Origin: Methanothrix sp.
GTDB taxonomy: Archaea; Halobacteriota; Methanosarcinia; Methanotrichales; Methanotrichaceae
Assembly (NCBI GenBank): GCA_963682135.1
Contig: OY821645.1
Location: 480,001 to 544,000 of the forward strand
Reading direction: 5' to 3'
DNA: 64,000 nt
Under the pieces are notes generated by a model. That model saw nothing but the letters and a program-made list of their open reading frames with translations. It had not been told where the DNA came from and did no database searches. This document shows positions 9,590-19,128 of this stretch, in pieces (position 1 is the first letter of the stretch; every line of letters starts with the position of its first letter). A program made the position numbers and the translations under genes.

Positions 9590-10159
9590 ATGATGACAAT
9601 TGGAAAATCTAATCGCGATGCAAAACTCAGGAGGGCGGCATGCAAACTTTTTTTGGTAAAGAGAACCAAGATAGCAGCCATGGCAGATCAAACCATGTCC
9701 CAGGCAAAAATGGCAAAAGATAGATTCTTCTTGACACCCACATTCCAAGCCCTGACCATTGGAGTCCCCTTCTGCATCTTCAAGCTGCTCTTCGGTCTGC
9801 TTGCCTTGCGAACTGGTGAGCCGTCTACCTTCCTTTTGGCTTTGGGATGGATTGTGATTGCCTGGTCCGTAGCGGATTTGCTCATGAATCTGGCTCGAGT
9901 CTTTTTAGATCTGGCCGGGAGGGAGTCTTCCATCGAATATTGCACCATCGCCCAGGCGGGAAGGCTCTTTAATCGGGCCAGGCTCTTCTTGGCCATCGAC
10001 ACTCTGATTACTTTCTCTATAATTTGTTTCGTTCTTTGGTCCGGCTGGATAGTGCAACTTCGCCTGCATGAATCCTATCTCTGGTATGCAGCTACCACAT
10101 TAAACCTGATCAGCATCTCAGCGGTAAATGTGTGGATTGAACTATCCCGAGAAAGGTGA
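9590..10159 (+). CDS. Hypothetical membrane protein (start may be downstream)
   Basis: About four hydrophobic segments. Confidence 0.65.
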   Translation: MMTIGKSNRDAKLRRAACKLFLVKRTKIAAMADQTMSQAKMAKDRFFLTPTFQALTIGVPFCIFKLLFGLLALRTGEPSTFLLALGWIVIAWSVADLLMNLARVFLDLAGRESSIEYCTIAQAGRLFNRARLFLAIDTLITFSIICFVLWSGWIVQLRLHESYLWYAATTLNLISISAVNVWIELSRER

Positions 10160-10224
10160 ATCTTTTTTTTCTGCAATGAGAAAATGATATATTTTCGAAC
10201 TGTATATATAGACTATTATGGAAG

Positions 10225-10833
10225 ATGGTTACAATGAATAAAGACCTCGAAACCCTCCTCTCCGAATTAAAGGTTGTTCATGAAGATCTGCGACTCATAC
10301 CTACGGAGATGATAGTAGTGGCTGATTGGGTGCGGCTAAAGTGCAGATATGGCTGCGACAATTATGGGAATCATCTGGGTTGTCCTCCTTTTACTCCTAC
10401 CCCGTCTGAGACCAGAGCGGTTCTCTCTGCATACAGAAATGCGGTCCTCGTCCGCTTTGAGGCCAAGCCGGATCCCAAGATCTCGTCCAAACACGCCAGT
10501 CGTGCTCTCTCTAATTCAGTGGTCAAGATGCAAAAGACGGTGGCGGAGCTGGAGAGAGCTGCCTTTTTGGCCGGCTACTATAAGGCATTCGGCATGAATG
10601 CCATGCCTTGTACTCTTTGCGATACATGCGTCATCGGAGAGATGCAGAAGAAGGATCAAGCGGTCTTCGATCTGGATAGTGTGAAATGCAAGAATAAGGA
10701 GATCATGCGCCCATCCATGGAGGCCTGCGGCATCGATGTCTTTAAAACCCTGCAAAACGCCGGTTTCAAGCCGCGAGTTCTCAAGGACTGCAAGGAGATG
10801 GTGGAACTCTTTGGCCTGATACTGCTTGACTGA
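10225..10833 (+). CDS. DUF2284-like Cys-rich metal-binding protein
   Basis: WVRLKCRYGC..YG..LGCPPFTP, PCTLCDTC, RPSMEACGIDVFKT. Confidence 0.8.
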   Translation: MVTMNKDLETLLSELKVVHEDLRLIPTEMIVVADWVRLKCRYGCDNYGNHLGCPPFTPTPSETRAVLSAYRNAVLVRFEAKPDPKISSKHASRALSNSVVKMQKTVAELERAAFLAGYYKAFGMNAMPCTLCDTCVIGEMQKKDQAVFDLDSVKCKNKEIMRPSMEACGIDVFKTLQNAGFKPRVLKDCKEMVELFGLILLD

Positions 10834-10923
10834 AAATGTATATCCTTTTTTTCGGGAGCTATTTTTTTTTGGTTATCATTATGGCTAATAAGCTAATATA
10901 CCATCATATCCTTCCTAAGCCGG

Positions 10924-11181
10924 ATGCAATGGGAATTGATTGGGTCGTTAGCAGCCGTTTTGACAATGTTCGGCTTTGTGCCTCAGATCCTCAAGATGTA
11001 CAAAACGCAGTCCGTAGCAGATGTAAGCCTGTTCATGCTCCTGCAATTCTGCCTGGGAATGTTCCTCTGGCTGCTCTATGGCTTGCACATCCAGGATAAT
11101 ATTCTTATCGTCGCCAATATAGTATCATTTTCCAGCTTGGTAGTGGCCATCGGAATATTTTTTAAATACAGAAAAAGATAA
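10924..11181 (+). CDS. SemiSWEET/PQ-loop transporter
   Basis: IGSLAAVLTMFGFVPQILKMYKTQSVADVS, LWLLYG...IVANI. Confidence 0.88.
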   Translation: MQWELIGSLAAVLTMFGFVPQILKMYKTQSVADVSLFMLLQFCLGMFLWLLYGLHIQDNILIVANIVSFSSLVVAIGIFFKYRKR

Positions 11182-11469
11182 TCAGCCCTTTTCCAGTTTT
11201 TCTTTGACCCGATTTGCCAGCCGTTCTAATGAGGCTTTGGTGTACTGACGATTTTCACAGGGGGAGAAATCCTTAGGGCTGCAGCCTGCCAGGAGTTCCA
11301 TGACCCTATCCGCCAAATCATTTACCTGCAAGTCCTCCAGCTTTTGAAGAAAAAGTGAGACCTGGGAATTGAATTCCCTGCATTTTCCCGGATGGGAGAT
11401 TTCACTTTCATGCAGCTCATAAAGTCGATTCAGCTCCTTTTGGATCTTCAGCCAATCATCTCTGTCCAT
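11182..11469 (-). CDS. Hypothetical protein
   Basis: 95-aa helical ORF with a TTTATAAA box upstream. Confidence 0.6.
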   Translation of the reverse strand: MDRDDWLKIQKELNRLYELHESEISHPGKCREFNSQVSLFLQKLEDLQVNDLADRVMELLAGCSPKDFSPCENRQYTKASLERLANRVKEKLEKG

Positions 11470-11535
11470 TGCCGTTAAGGCTGCTTCTTCCGGGTTTATA
11501 AAGAGATGCTATAATCATCTGTCAAAGGAGGGAAG

Positions 11536-12327
11536 ATGATTAATATTTGGCATTTAAAGAATGATTCATTGATTGATACGGCTAAGCTATTGAGGCATAA
11601 AGCACATTTGTGCCGGACAGCAGAGGGGGCAGAGCACTCTAGCTATAAAATTAAATTCCTGCAAGCAGGCTCATTGCCGGAATTGCTCCGGCTGCAAGGC
11701 ATCATCGCCGCCAATCTTCCCTGCCCGGAGGTCTTCATGCTGCATGATGATCTCTATCTCCAGGAGATTCTGCGTCATGAGCGCTCGGTTATCGCTGTGA
11801 CAACTGACGAAGGTTTGATTGCCTTCAGCATGATTCGCATTCCCGGCCTCTCTCATGACAACCTGGGCAGGGACATAAATTTGTCGGAAGAGGATCTCTG
11901 CAATGTCGCTCATCTCCAGGCGGCGGCGGTCCATCCTGCCTATCGCGGCAATGGTCTGCAGCGAAAGCTCACTTTTGCACACCTGAGTGTGATTGAAGAA
12001 ATGGGATATGAGCATGTCTGTTGCACAGTATCTCCTAAAAATCCCGCAAGCCTTCGCAATTATCTCTCCTGCGGGCTGGTTATTGAGGGGCTGCGCCCGA
12101 AAATGCAGGGCTGGTGGAGATTCATTTTGCACAAAAAGATACCGCGGGCAAATTGCAGAGATCTGGATGGGGCAGTAGATCTCAATGAGTCCGATATTAA
12201 AAAAGAGGAATGCATGATAAGAATCTCTGAAATAGAAGGTCAGTTGGATCTCTTGAGGAGAGGCTTCAAAGGCTATAAGATTTCATCTCTTCCCGATGGC
12301 GTGAATGTATTTTATGCAAAGTCCTGA
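11536..12327 (+). CDS. GNAT-family N-acetyltransferase
   Basis: VHPAYRGNGLQRKL acetyl-CoA motif; TVSPKNPASLRN. Confidence 0.85.
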   Translation: MINIWHLKNDSLIDTAKLLRHKAHLCRTAEGAEHSSYKIKFLQAGSLPELLRLQGIIAANLPCPEVFMLHDDLYLQEILRHERSVIAVTTDEGLIAFSMIRIPGLSHDNLGRDINLSEEDLCNVAHLQAAAVHPAYRGNGLQRKLTFAHLSVIEEMGYEHVCCTVSPKNPASLRNYLSCGLVIEGLRPKMQGWWRFILHKKIPRANCRDLDGAVDLNESDIKKEECMIRISEIEGQLDLLRRGFKGYKISSLPDGVNVFYAKS

Positions 12328-12338
12328 TCAATCTGATT

Positions 12339-13391
12339 CTATCGGGCTGCCATAGCCACCAGATCTACCAGATCGATTACCTTCTCCCTGCCGCCCGCAT
12401 CTCTCAGATTTCTGATGCAAAGTGGGCAGGAGGTGACGATGTAGTCGATATCCTGCGGAACATCTTTAAGCCTCTTCTTGGCCATTTGCAGGGATAGATC
12501 TCTGTAACCGGCCCGAACTCCGCCCCCGCCTCCGCAGCATCTGGCGTCTTTTCGGTTTGTTTTCATCTCTTTGAGGAGACAAATAGCTTCGATAACCTGG
12601 CGTGGCTGCTCATAGATCTGATTATGTCGGCCCAGATGGCAGGGATCATGGTAGGTTACGGTTAGATCAAGCGGCTTCAGATCTATTTCTGATATTCTCT
12701 CTGCCAAAAACTCCGGGACGCTCTGTACCTGAAAGTCCTGGGGGTAGCTCTTCTTGAGGGTTGTATAACAACCAGCACAGCCCGTAATAACTGTTTTTGC
12801 CCCTGTCTTTACGATCTGTCTGCAGTTCTCATCCACAAATCTCCGGGCATCAAATCCAGTTCGAAGCAGAGGCGAGCCGCAGCACTGCTCAGCGGGGAGC
12901 ATGGTTGCCCCGAAGCGATGCAAAAGTGCAAAAGTGTTGGCTGCAGTTTCTGTATAACGATAGGAATTCATGCATCCCACAAAATAGACATAGTCAGCCT
13001 TTTTTGTGAGAAGGCTTCTGTCTTTCAGCCAGGAGAGCCGATCTCTGCCATCGCCAAAGGTGTTGCCGCTTGCAAAGATATTTCTGCTCAAATCTGCTTG
13101 CTGGGGTGTCATCTTTCCCAGGAGGGCAAGCTGTCTTCTGGCGTTCTCAATTATCTCCGGCGGATTCACGCCGGCCGGACAGTTCTCCGTGCATATTCCG
13201 CAAGTGGTGCAGCTATTCAGACTATCCAGAACCTGCGAGTCGGGCGAAAGGCCACTGGTGAGGCCCTTCATGATCATAATGCGTCCTCGGGTATTGGCTG
13301 ACTCCCAGCCGGATTCCTGGAAAGTGGGACAGAAGGTGCGGCAGCTTCCGCATCGCACGCATTGATTTATCGCCTTAAGATCTAGATTCAT
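12339..13391 (-). CDS. Fe-S oxidoreductase, GlcF/HdrD-like (2x[4Fe-4S] plus CCG domains)
   Basis: CVRCGSCRTFCP, CTTCGICTENCP, EQCCG, YHDPCHLGR, RCCGGGGG. Confidence 0.88.
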   Translation of the reverse strand: MNLDLKAINQCVRCGSCRTFCPTFQESGWESANTRGRIMIMKGLTSGLSPDSQVLDSLNSCTTCGICTENCPAGVNPPEIIENARRQLALLGKMTPQQADLSRNIFASGNTFGDGRDRLSWLKDRSLLTKKADYVYFVGCMNSYRYTETAANTFALLHRFGATMLPAEQCCGSPLLRTGFDARRFVDENCRQIVKTGAKTVITGCAGCYTTLKKSYPQDFQVQSVPEFLAERISEIDLKPLDLTVTYHDPCHLGRHNQIYEQPRQVIEAICLLKEMKTNRKDARCCGGGGGVRAGYRDLSLQMAKKRLKDVPQDIDYIVTSCPLCIRNLRDAGGREKVIDLVDLVAMAAR

Positions 13392-14780
13392 TCAAAGCCC
13401 CATCTTTCCCGGATTGAGAATTCCCTGGGGGTCCAGGGAGTTTTTGATGGATTGCATCACAGAAAATGCCTCAGTTCCCATTTGCTCGGGCAGATACTCT
13501 GCACGAGCAAGACCAATGCCGTGCTCGGAGCTGACTGTTCCGCCTAGCTCCATGGCCGCCCTATGAATTCTATCCGCAGCCAGTCGCAGCTTTTGCCATT
13601 GCTCTTCGCTCATGACATCAATGAATAGGGCCACGTGCAGGTTCCCGTCTCCAATGTGGCCGTATCTCATGGTCGGGATGTCTAACTTCGTGGTGATCTG
13701 CTGCACCTTTTTAATCAGGGCTGGAATCTCCTTAATAGGCACGCCCACATCCTCGCCCATATAAATTCTGGTCTTAGTGGGATCAAGCCGTGATATGGCA
13801 GCTCCAACCAGTCTTCTGGCCGCCCAGATGCTGTCCATCTCCCTACCTGCCGCGATCCTCACGCTCTTGGCCGTAATTTGGCATATCTCTGCGATTTGCC
13901 TGGCAGCCTCAGATGTTGAACTCTCTGTTCCGTCCACCTCGAATAAGATTATGTCTCCATCCTCGGGTATGGCAAGCAAAGGATCACAAAGCTTCAGGAC
14001 CTGCAGAGTTGTTCTGTCAAGTATCTCGCAGGCGGAGGGGGTTATGCCATTTGAAAATATCTCTATTACTGTCTGGCCGGCGACTTCCGCTTCGTCAAAG
14101 CATGCCAGGATCAGCTTTCTGGTACTGGGCAACGGGGCAATCTTCAGTCCGGCCTGGGTAATGATTCCCAGTGTTCCTTCTGATCCCACAAAGAGGCGGG
14201 TAAGATCATATCCTGCTGATGATTTGAGCACCTTTTTGCCGGTATGGATGACTCGGCCGTCTGCCAGCACTACCTCTAAATCAAGGACGTAATTTCTTAC
14301 CGTCCCATATTTGACGGAACGCATGCCGCTGCTGTTGTAGGAGATCATTCCGCCGATGGTGCACATGGCCAGGCTTCCTGGATCAGGCGGAAAGAAAAAA
14401 CCATAAGGCTTCAGAGCTGAATTAAGTCTTTCCGCTACTACACCCGGCTCAACTATGACCTGTTGGTTTTCAATATCTATCTCCAATATCCTGTTCATTC
14501 CTGACATGTCCAGGACAGCGCCGCCCTTTACTGGAGAGCAGCCGCCGGCAAGCCCGGTGCCTGCTCCGCGTGCCGTGACGGAAATGAGCTTTTTGCTGCA
14601 CAATCGGAGGATGCGAGAGACCTGGCTCGTGCTTTGCGGGCGCACGACAAAGTCGGGCATGCCAACGATTTGAGATGCATCGCCGGTATAGCAGCATCTT
14701 TCGCCAGGAGAGGCAGATACTCTATCTCCAACAATCTCCTTTAGCTCTTGCATAATCTCGATCATAGCGATTCCGGACAC
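13392..14780 (-). CDS. FAD-linked oxidase, GlcD/D-lactate dehydrogenase family
   Basis: RGAGTGLAGG, FPPDP, GYDLTRLFVGSEGTLGIIT, GHIGDGNLH, SEHGIG, DPQGILNPGK. Confidence 0.92.
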   Translation of the reverse strand: MSGIAMIEIMQELKEIVGDRVSASPGERCCYTGDASQIVGMPDFVVRPQSTSQVSRILRLCSKKLISVTARGAGTGLAGGCSPVKGGAVLDMSGMNRILEIDIENQQVIVEPGVVAERLNSALKPYGFFFPPDPGSLAMCTIGGMISYNSSGMRSVKYGTVRNYVLDLEVVLADGRVIHTGKKVLKSSAGYDLTRLFVGSEGTLGIITQAGLKIAPLPSTRKLILACFDEAEVAGQTVIEIFSNGITPSACEILDRTTLQVLKLCDPLLAIPEDGDIILFEVDGTESSTSEAARQIAEICQITAKSVRIAAGREMDSIWAARRLVGAAISRLDPTKTRIYMGEDVGVPIKEIPALIKKVQQITTKLDIPTMRYGHIGDGNLHVALFIDVMSEEQWQKLRLAADRIHRAAMELGGTVSSEHGIGLARAEYLPEQMGTEAFSVMQSIKNSLDPQGILNPGKMGL

Positions 14781-14819
14781 TCACTTTTATCTGAGAACTG
14801 CTTCTTTTCGATATAAAGA

Positions 14820-16330
14820 TTAGCCATCCAAAAACGGAAGAGATTTTTTTCTTGAATTCTTTCCTCTGCATGAACTCTAACTTTTCCTCAAAAAGTTTAA
14901 ATCATTTAAGTTAAAAATATATTATAGTCAATATAATATTATCAAATTTTTAATTTTTTATTAAAAAATTTAAAATCCTTTGATTAATAATTAATATATA
15001 AATTATATTTTTAAAATTACTATTAATTTTATATTTGTAAGTCTTTAATGTTATATCAAACTATAATCAATTTAAAAGCACTATAAATTTATAATCTTAA
15101 TAAATTATAAGAATGTTAAAGCAAGAAAAATATTTGTGCATTGTATTGCTTATTATAATAATTATAAATAACTTTTGCGAATGTTAAACCACTCTAATTT
15201 TTAATATCTACAATTTTATAAATACAAATTCAGTATGAAAATGCTATATTTTTGCATGGCAATTATTGTTTATAAAATTAATCTAATTGATATCAACACA
15301 ATATGTTATTCCTATAGTTTATTAGAATAGAATTATCCAATAATGTCTTTTAATGGTTGAATCATATTTTCATCTCGCAAAGCATGAGGATGGGCGCTGA
15401 AGGGGGCATATTCATGTAGTGATTGGAATCATTGTCTTATCTAAATTGATGTTTTCAAGATGGCATGAAAACTCATATATATAGTGTATAAGAACAAGGT
15501 ATCCGCGATACATCAAGGAGATGCTTTATAAGAGATTTTCAGAATACCAAGGTGCGATTAACTTCAAATTGTTTATATTTTTTTAAAAAATCAATAAAAA
15601 ATAAATAATTTTTTTAAAAAAATTGATATTAATTATTTACAATCATTTTTGTACATTAATTTATTGCAATAGTTAAAATTACATTTATTCCTAATATTAG
15701 TTAAATCTTCAAATATAAATTCATTTATTATATATGTAATTTATAAGTATATTTATATTTTTAAAATTATTTTTTATATATGAGTATATCATATTTTTAT
15801 TATATACAATTTTATTCTAAATTATATTATTTTATTTGAATAATCCCATATTTTTCTTATTCTTAAATTATACTCGATTCAATAGAGAAAAGTGAGGATT
15901 AAACTGATATTGATCTCAGACGTATTTATCTCGAATTCACCTCGATTATCCTAAAGAAAATTCAATGTAGTGTAAATTAAGTGCTATTTAGGTTAGTATT
16001 ATATATCATATGATCTATGGGGTTTTCAAATCCTGAATCATAATATCTTCAATTACAGGAGCGAGCACTTGGCGATGAAACTTCTGGGAATAGCTTGCCG
16101 TGTGATTTTTTTTAAGAGCTGCATGCGTTGGGAATTTAACTGCGCATAGATCTATCGCTTAAGCCTATAGTGATAGGCCTTTGCAAAGTTTCTATTCCTA
16201 ATGATAATATATAAGAATCCTGTAATTTAATTCAAATAGTTCTGTAGGATGTGGATTGAATGAAACCAAGAGAGATGTGTATTAGGGCAATGGAAATCTG
16301 GGCACCACCTGGGGCGATTAGGAGGATAAG
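14820..16330. promoter_or_regulatory. 1.5 kb extremely AT-rich divergent intergenic region, upstream control region of the CIS operon
   Basis: No credible ORF; long A/T tracts; TATATAAG near 16208; GGAGGA RBS at 16321. Confidence 0.55.
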
Positions 16331-16333
16331 CTG

Positions 16334-17848
16334 ATGCCGGCCACCTTAACCTATCCCGGTGTGTACATAGAGGAAGTTCCCAGCGGTGTGCGAACCATCG
16401 TTGGCGCAGCAACCTCAATCACAGCGTTTATCGGTCGCGCCCCGCGTGGTCCCGTAAACGATGCAGTGACCATTAACAGCTTCGGGGATTTCGAGCGCAT
16501 CTTTGGAGGGCTTAATGCTGATTATTCTCTGAGCTATGCTGTGAGGGACTTTTACCTCAATGCAGGCAGCCAGGCGATAATCGTGCGGCTATTCAAACCT
16601 AAGGAAGGCGATGGAGTTGCTTCTTTAGATATTTCGATAAAATTGAAAGCTGCCAATCCTGGTTCTTGGGGCAATAATTTGGAAATTAAAGTAGACCATG
16701 ATGTGGCCGAAGGAGTGGCAGAAAAATATGGGCTGGTTAAAACCGACTTATTCAATCTGACTGTTAATGATAAGGCCACAGGTGCTATCGAGGAATTCCG
16801 CAATCTTACTGTTAAAAATAGCCCTCGCAGAGTTGATCTGGTATTGGAGAACGAGTCCAAGCTCGTGCGGATTGAAGCAGGGAGCCTACCAGAAGTAATT
16901 CCTGATGAAATCAAACAAAAAAAGCTGGCGAACGGTATTGACAGCGAGCCATTGGGTACGTTGGATTACAAGGCCAATGAGGCAGAAAAGAAGGGGATCT
17001 ATGCCCTGGAAAAGGCAGACATCTTCAATTTGCTCTGTATCCCTCCTGATATAATAGATAGCGATACGGCTGCAGATGTATACGCAAGTGCCGCAATATA
17101 CTGCGAGAAGCGGCGAGCTATGTTGATTGTAGACCCGCCAAGCGGCTGGACTAGCAAGGATAAGGCTAAAGATGGTGTCGCCAGTGTTGGAACGAATAGC
17201 AAGAATGCAGCTCTCTTCTTCCCCCGGCTTCGGCAGCCCAATCCATTACGAGGAAACCAGATGGAATCTTTTGTTCCATGTGGAGCTGTAGCCGGAGTCA
17301 TCGCCCGGACGGATACTCAGCGCGGTATCTGGAAGGCTCCTGCCGGTCTTGATGCCACTCTAGTTGGTGTTCCTCAACTGAGCGTGTCCTTGACAGATAT
17401 GGAAAATGGCGAGCTAAATCCCAAGGGGATCAATTGCCTCAGATCAATGCCGGCCGCTGGCCGCATCATATGGGGTGCGCGTACCTTGCAGGGAGACGAT
17501 CGTTTGAGCTCGGAATGGAAGTATATCCCGGTAAGACGCGTGGCTCTCTACATAGAAGAAAGCCTTTATAGAGGCACCCAGTGGGTTGTCTTCGAGCCCA
17601 ACGATGAGCCTTTGTGGGCTCAGATCCGGTTAAACGTGGGTTCTTTCATGCATGGCTTATTCCGGCAAGGTGCTTTCCAGGGAGCTTCACCTAAGGAGGC
17701 CTACTTCGTCAAGTGCGACAAAGAAACCACCATCCAGGACGATATCAACAAAGGCATAGTTAACATTATGGTGGGATTTGCTCCGCTCAAGCCTGCAGAG
17801 TTTGTGGTAATTAAGATCCAGCAGATGGCTGGAGAGATCCAGACCTAA
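16334..17848 (+). CDS. Contractile tail sheath protein
   Basis: YPGVYIEEVPSG, RGIWKAPAG, WGARTL, WKYIPVRR, WVVFEPNDEPLW, GFAPLKPAEFVVIKIQQ. Confidence 0.96.
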   Translation: MPATLTYPGVYIEEVPSGVRTIVGAATSITAFIGRAPRGPVNDAVTINSFGDFERIFGGLNADYSLSYAVRDFYLNAGSQAIIVRLFKPKEGDGVASLDISIKLKAANPGSWGNNLEIKVDHDVAEGVAEKYGLVKTDLFNLTVNDKATGAIEEFRNLTVKNSPRRVDLVLENESKLVRIEAGSLPEVIPDEIKQKKLANGIDSEPLGTLDYKANEAEKKGIYALEKADIFNLLCIPPDIIDSDTAADVYASAAIYCEKRRAMLIVDPPSGWTSKDKAKDGVASVGTNSKNAALFFPRLRQPNPLRGNQMESFVPCGAVAGVIARTDTQRGIWKAPAGLDATLVGVPQLSVSLTDMENGELNPKGINCLRSMPAAGRIIWGARTLQGDDRLSSEWKYIPVRRVALYIEESLYRGTQWVVFEPNDEPLWAQIRLNVGSFMHGLFRQGAFQGASPKEAYFVKCDKETTIQDDINKGIVNIMVGFAPLKPAEFVVIKIQQMAGEIQT

Positions 17849-17861
17849 GAGGTGATCATGT

Positions 17862-18374
17862 ATGGCTAGTTTTAGTGTTAATGCAACCCGTTTTGATCCT
17901 TACAAGAGCTTCAAGTTCAGAGTCAAGTGGGATGGCCGGTATGTGGCTGGCGTCAGCAAAGTCAGTGCTCTCAGCCGGACTACGGAAGTGGTCGAGCATC
18001 GTGAAGGGGGCGATCCCAGCAGCACCCGTAAATCTCCAGGGCAGACCAAATACGAGGCTATAACTCTGGAACGAGGAGTAACCCACGATCCGGATTTCGA
18101 AGCGTGGGCCAACAAGGTATGGAGCTACGGGGCCGGCCTGGGTGCAGAGGTCTCTCTCAAGGATTTTCGTAAAGATATCACTATCGAGGTCTATAATGAG
18201 GCGGGGCAGCTCGCGATTGCCTATAACGTCTACCGGTGCTGGGTTTCCGAGTATAAAGCGCTGCCGGATCTCGATGCCAAGAGCAATGAAATTGCCATCC
18301 AGACCCTAAAGCTGGAGAATGAGGGTTGGCTTCGGGATGAGGGCGTAGCCGAACCGTCCGAGCCGTCTTTGTAA
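17862..18374 (+). CDS. Tail tube protein (T4 gp19-like)
   Basis: RFDPYKSFKFRVKWDG, EHREGG, PGQTKYEAITLERGVT, FRKDITIEVYNEAG. Confidence 0.95.
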   Translation: MASFSVNATRFDPYKSFKFRVKWDGRYVAGVSKVSALSRTTEVVEHREGGDPSSTRKSPGQTKYEAITLERGVTHDPDFEAWANKVWSYGAGLGAEVSLKDFRKDITIEVYNEAGQLAIAYNVYRCWVSEYKALPDLDAKSNEIAIQTLKLENEGWLRDEGVAEPSEPSL

Positions 18375-18381
18375 GTGAGAG

Positions 18382-19128
18382 ATGCAAACACTATCGCCTC
18401 AAGAACTGCTAAGCATTTGGGAGCAGGGGACGATCTGGCCGGCAGCACTCCGCGCACTTAAGCTGCTGGCCTTTGCATTTCCAAAGAGATCTCAGGAAGA
18501 TCTGGAGAGGATATGCATTGGACAGCGTGACGCCCTTCTGCTCAGGCTTCGTGAGGAGACCTTTGGGTCGCGACTTGTCTGCCTGGCAGAGTGTCCTGGC
18601 TGCAATGAGCGCATGGAGGTGACATTTAGTGTGCAAGACATTTTGGTCGATCCCGCAATTAAAACGGGAGAGGCTTTGTCGATTGCAGTTTCCGGCTACG
18701 AGGTTCAGTATCGTCTTGTATGCAGCCAAGACCTCATCGCCATTGCAGGAATTGAGGATCAGATTTTGGCCCGCAGTGTCCTGTTGGATCGGTGCATCCT
18801 GGCAGTTCGTCATAATAATAAAAATATTTCGGAATATCTTTCTGTAGAAGAGCTGCCCCTCGATGTGCTTAACGCCGTGGTAGATGGGATGGAGCAGGCT
18901 GACCCTCAAGCCGATGTTCAACTATCTCTCACCTGTTCTTCTTGCGGCCATGAGTGGCAGGTCAGTTTTGACATAGTCTCGTTCTTCTGGAGCGAGATCG
19001 ATAACTGGGCCCATCGCATCTTGCGTGAGGTTCATGCTCTGGCGAGAGCCTACGGCTGGAGTGAATCCAATATCCTGGAAATGAGCCCTCTACGGCGTCA
19101 AATTTACCTGGAGATGGCATCCGAATGA
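18382..19128 (+). CDS. eCIS assembly protein (tail assembly chaperone/hub-chaperone-like, two CxxC)
   Basis: IGQRDALLLRLREETFG, CPGC, CSSC, C-terminal 'EVHALARAYGWSESNILEMSPLRRQIYL'; position directly after tube. Confidence 0.7.
   Translation: MQTLSPQELLSIWEQGTIWPAALRALKLLAFAFPKRSQEDLERICIGQRDALLLRLREETFGSRLVCLAECPGCNERMEVTFSVQDILVDPAIKTGEALSIAVSGYEVQYRLVCSQDLIAIAGIEDQILARSVLLDRCILAVRHNNKNISEYLSVEELPLDVLNAVVDGMEQADPQADVQLSLTCSSCGHEWQVSFDIVSFFWSEIDNWAHRILREVHALARAYGWSESNILEMSPLRRQIYLEMASE

Noticed and set aside
14820-16330. Replication origin
   Set aside because: AT-rich, but no ORB-like repeats recognised and no adjacent cdc6/orc1.
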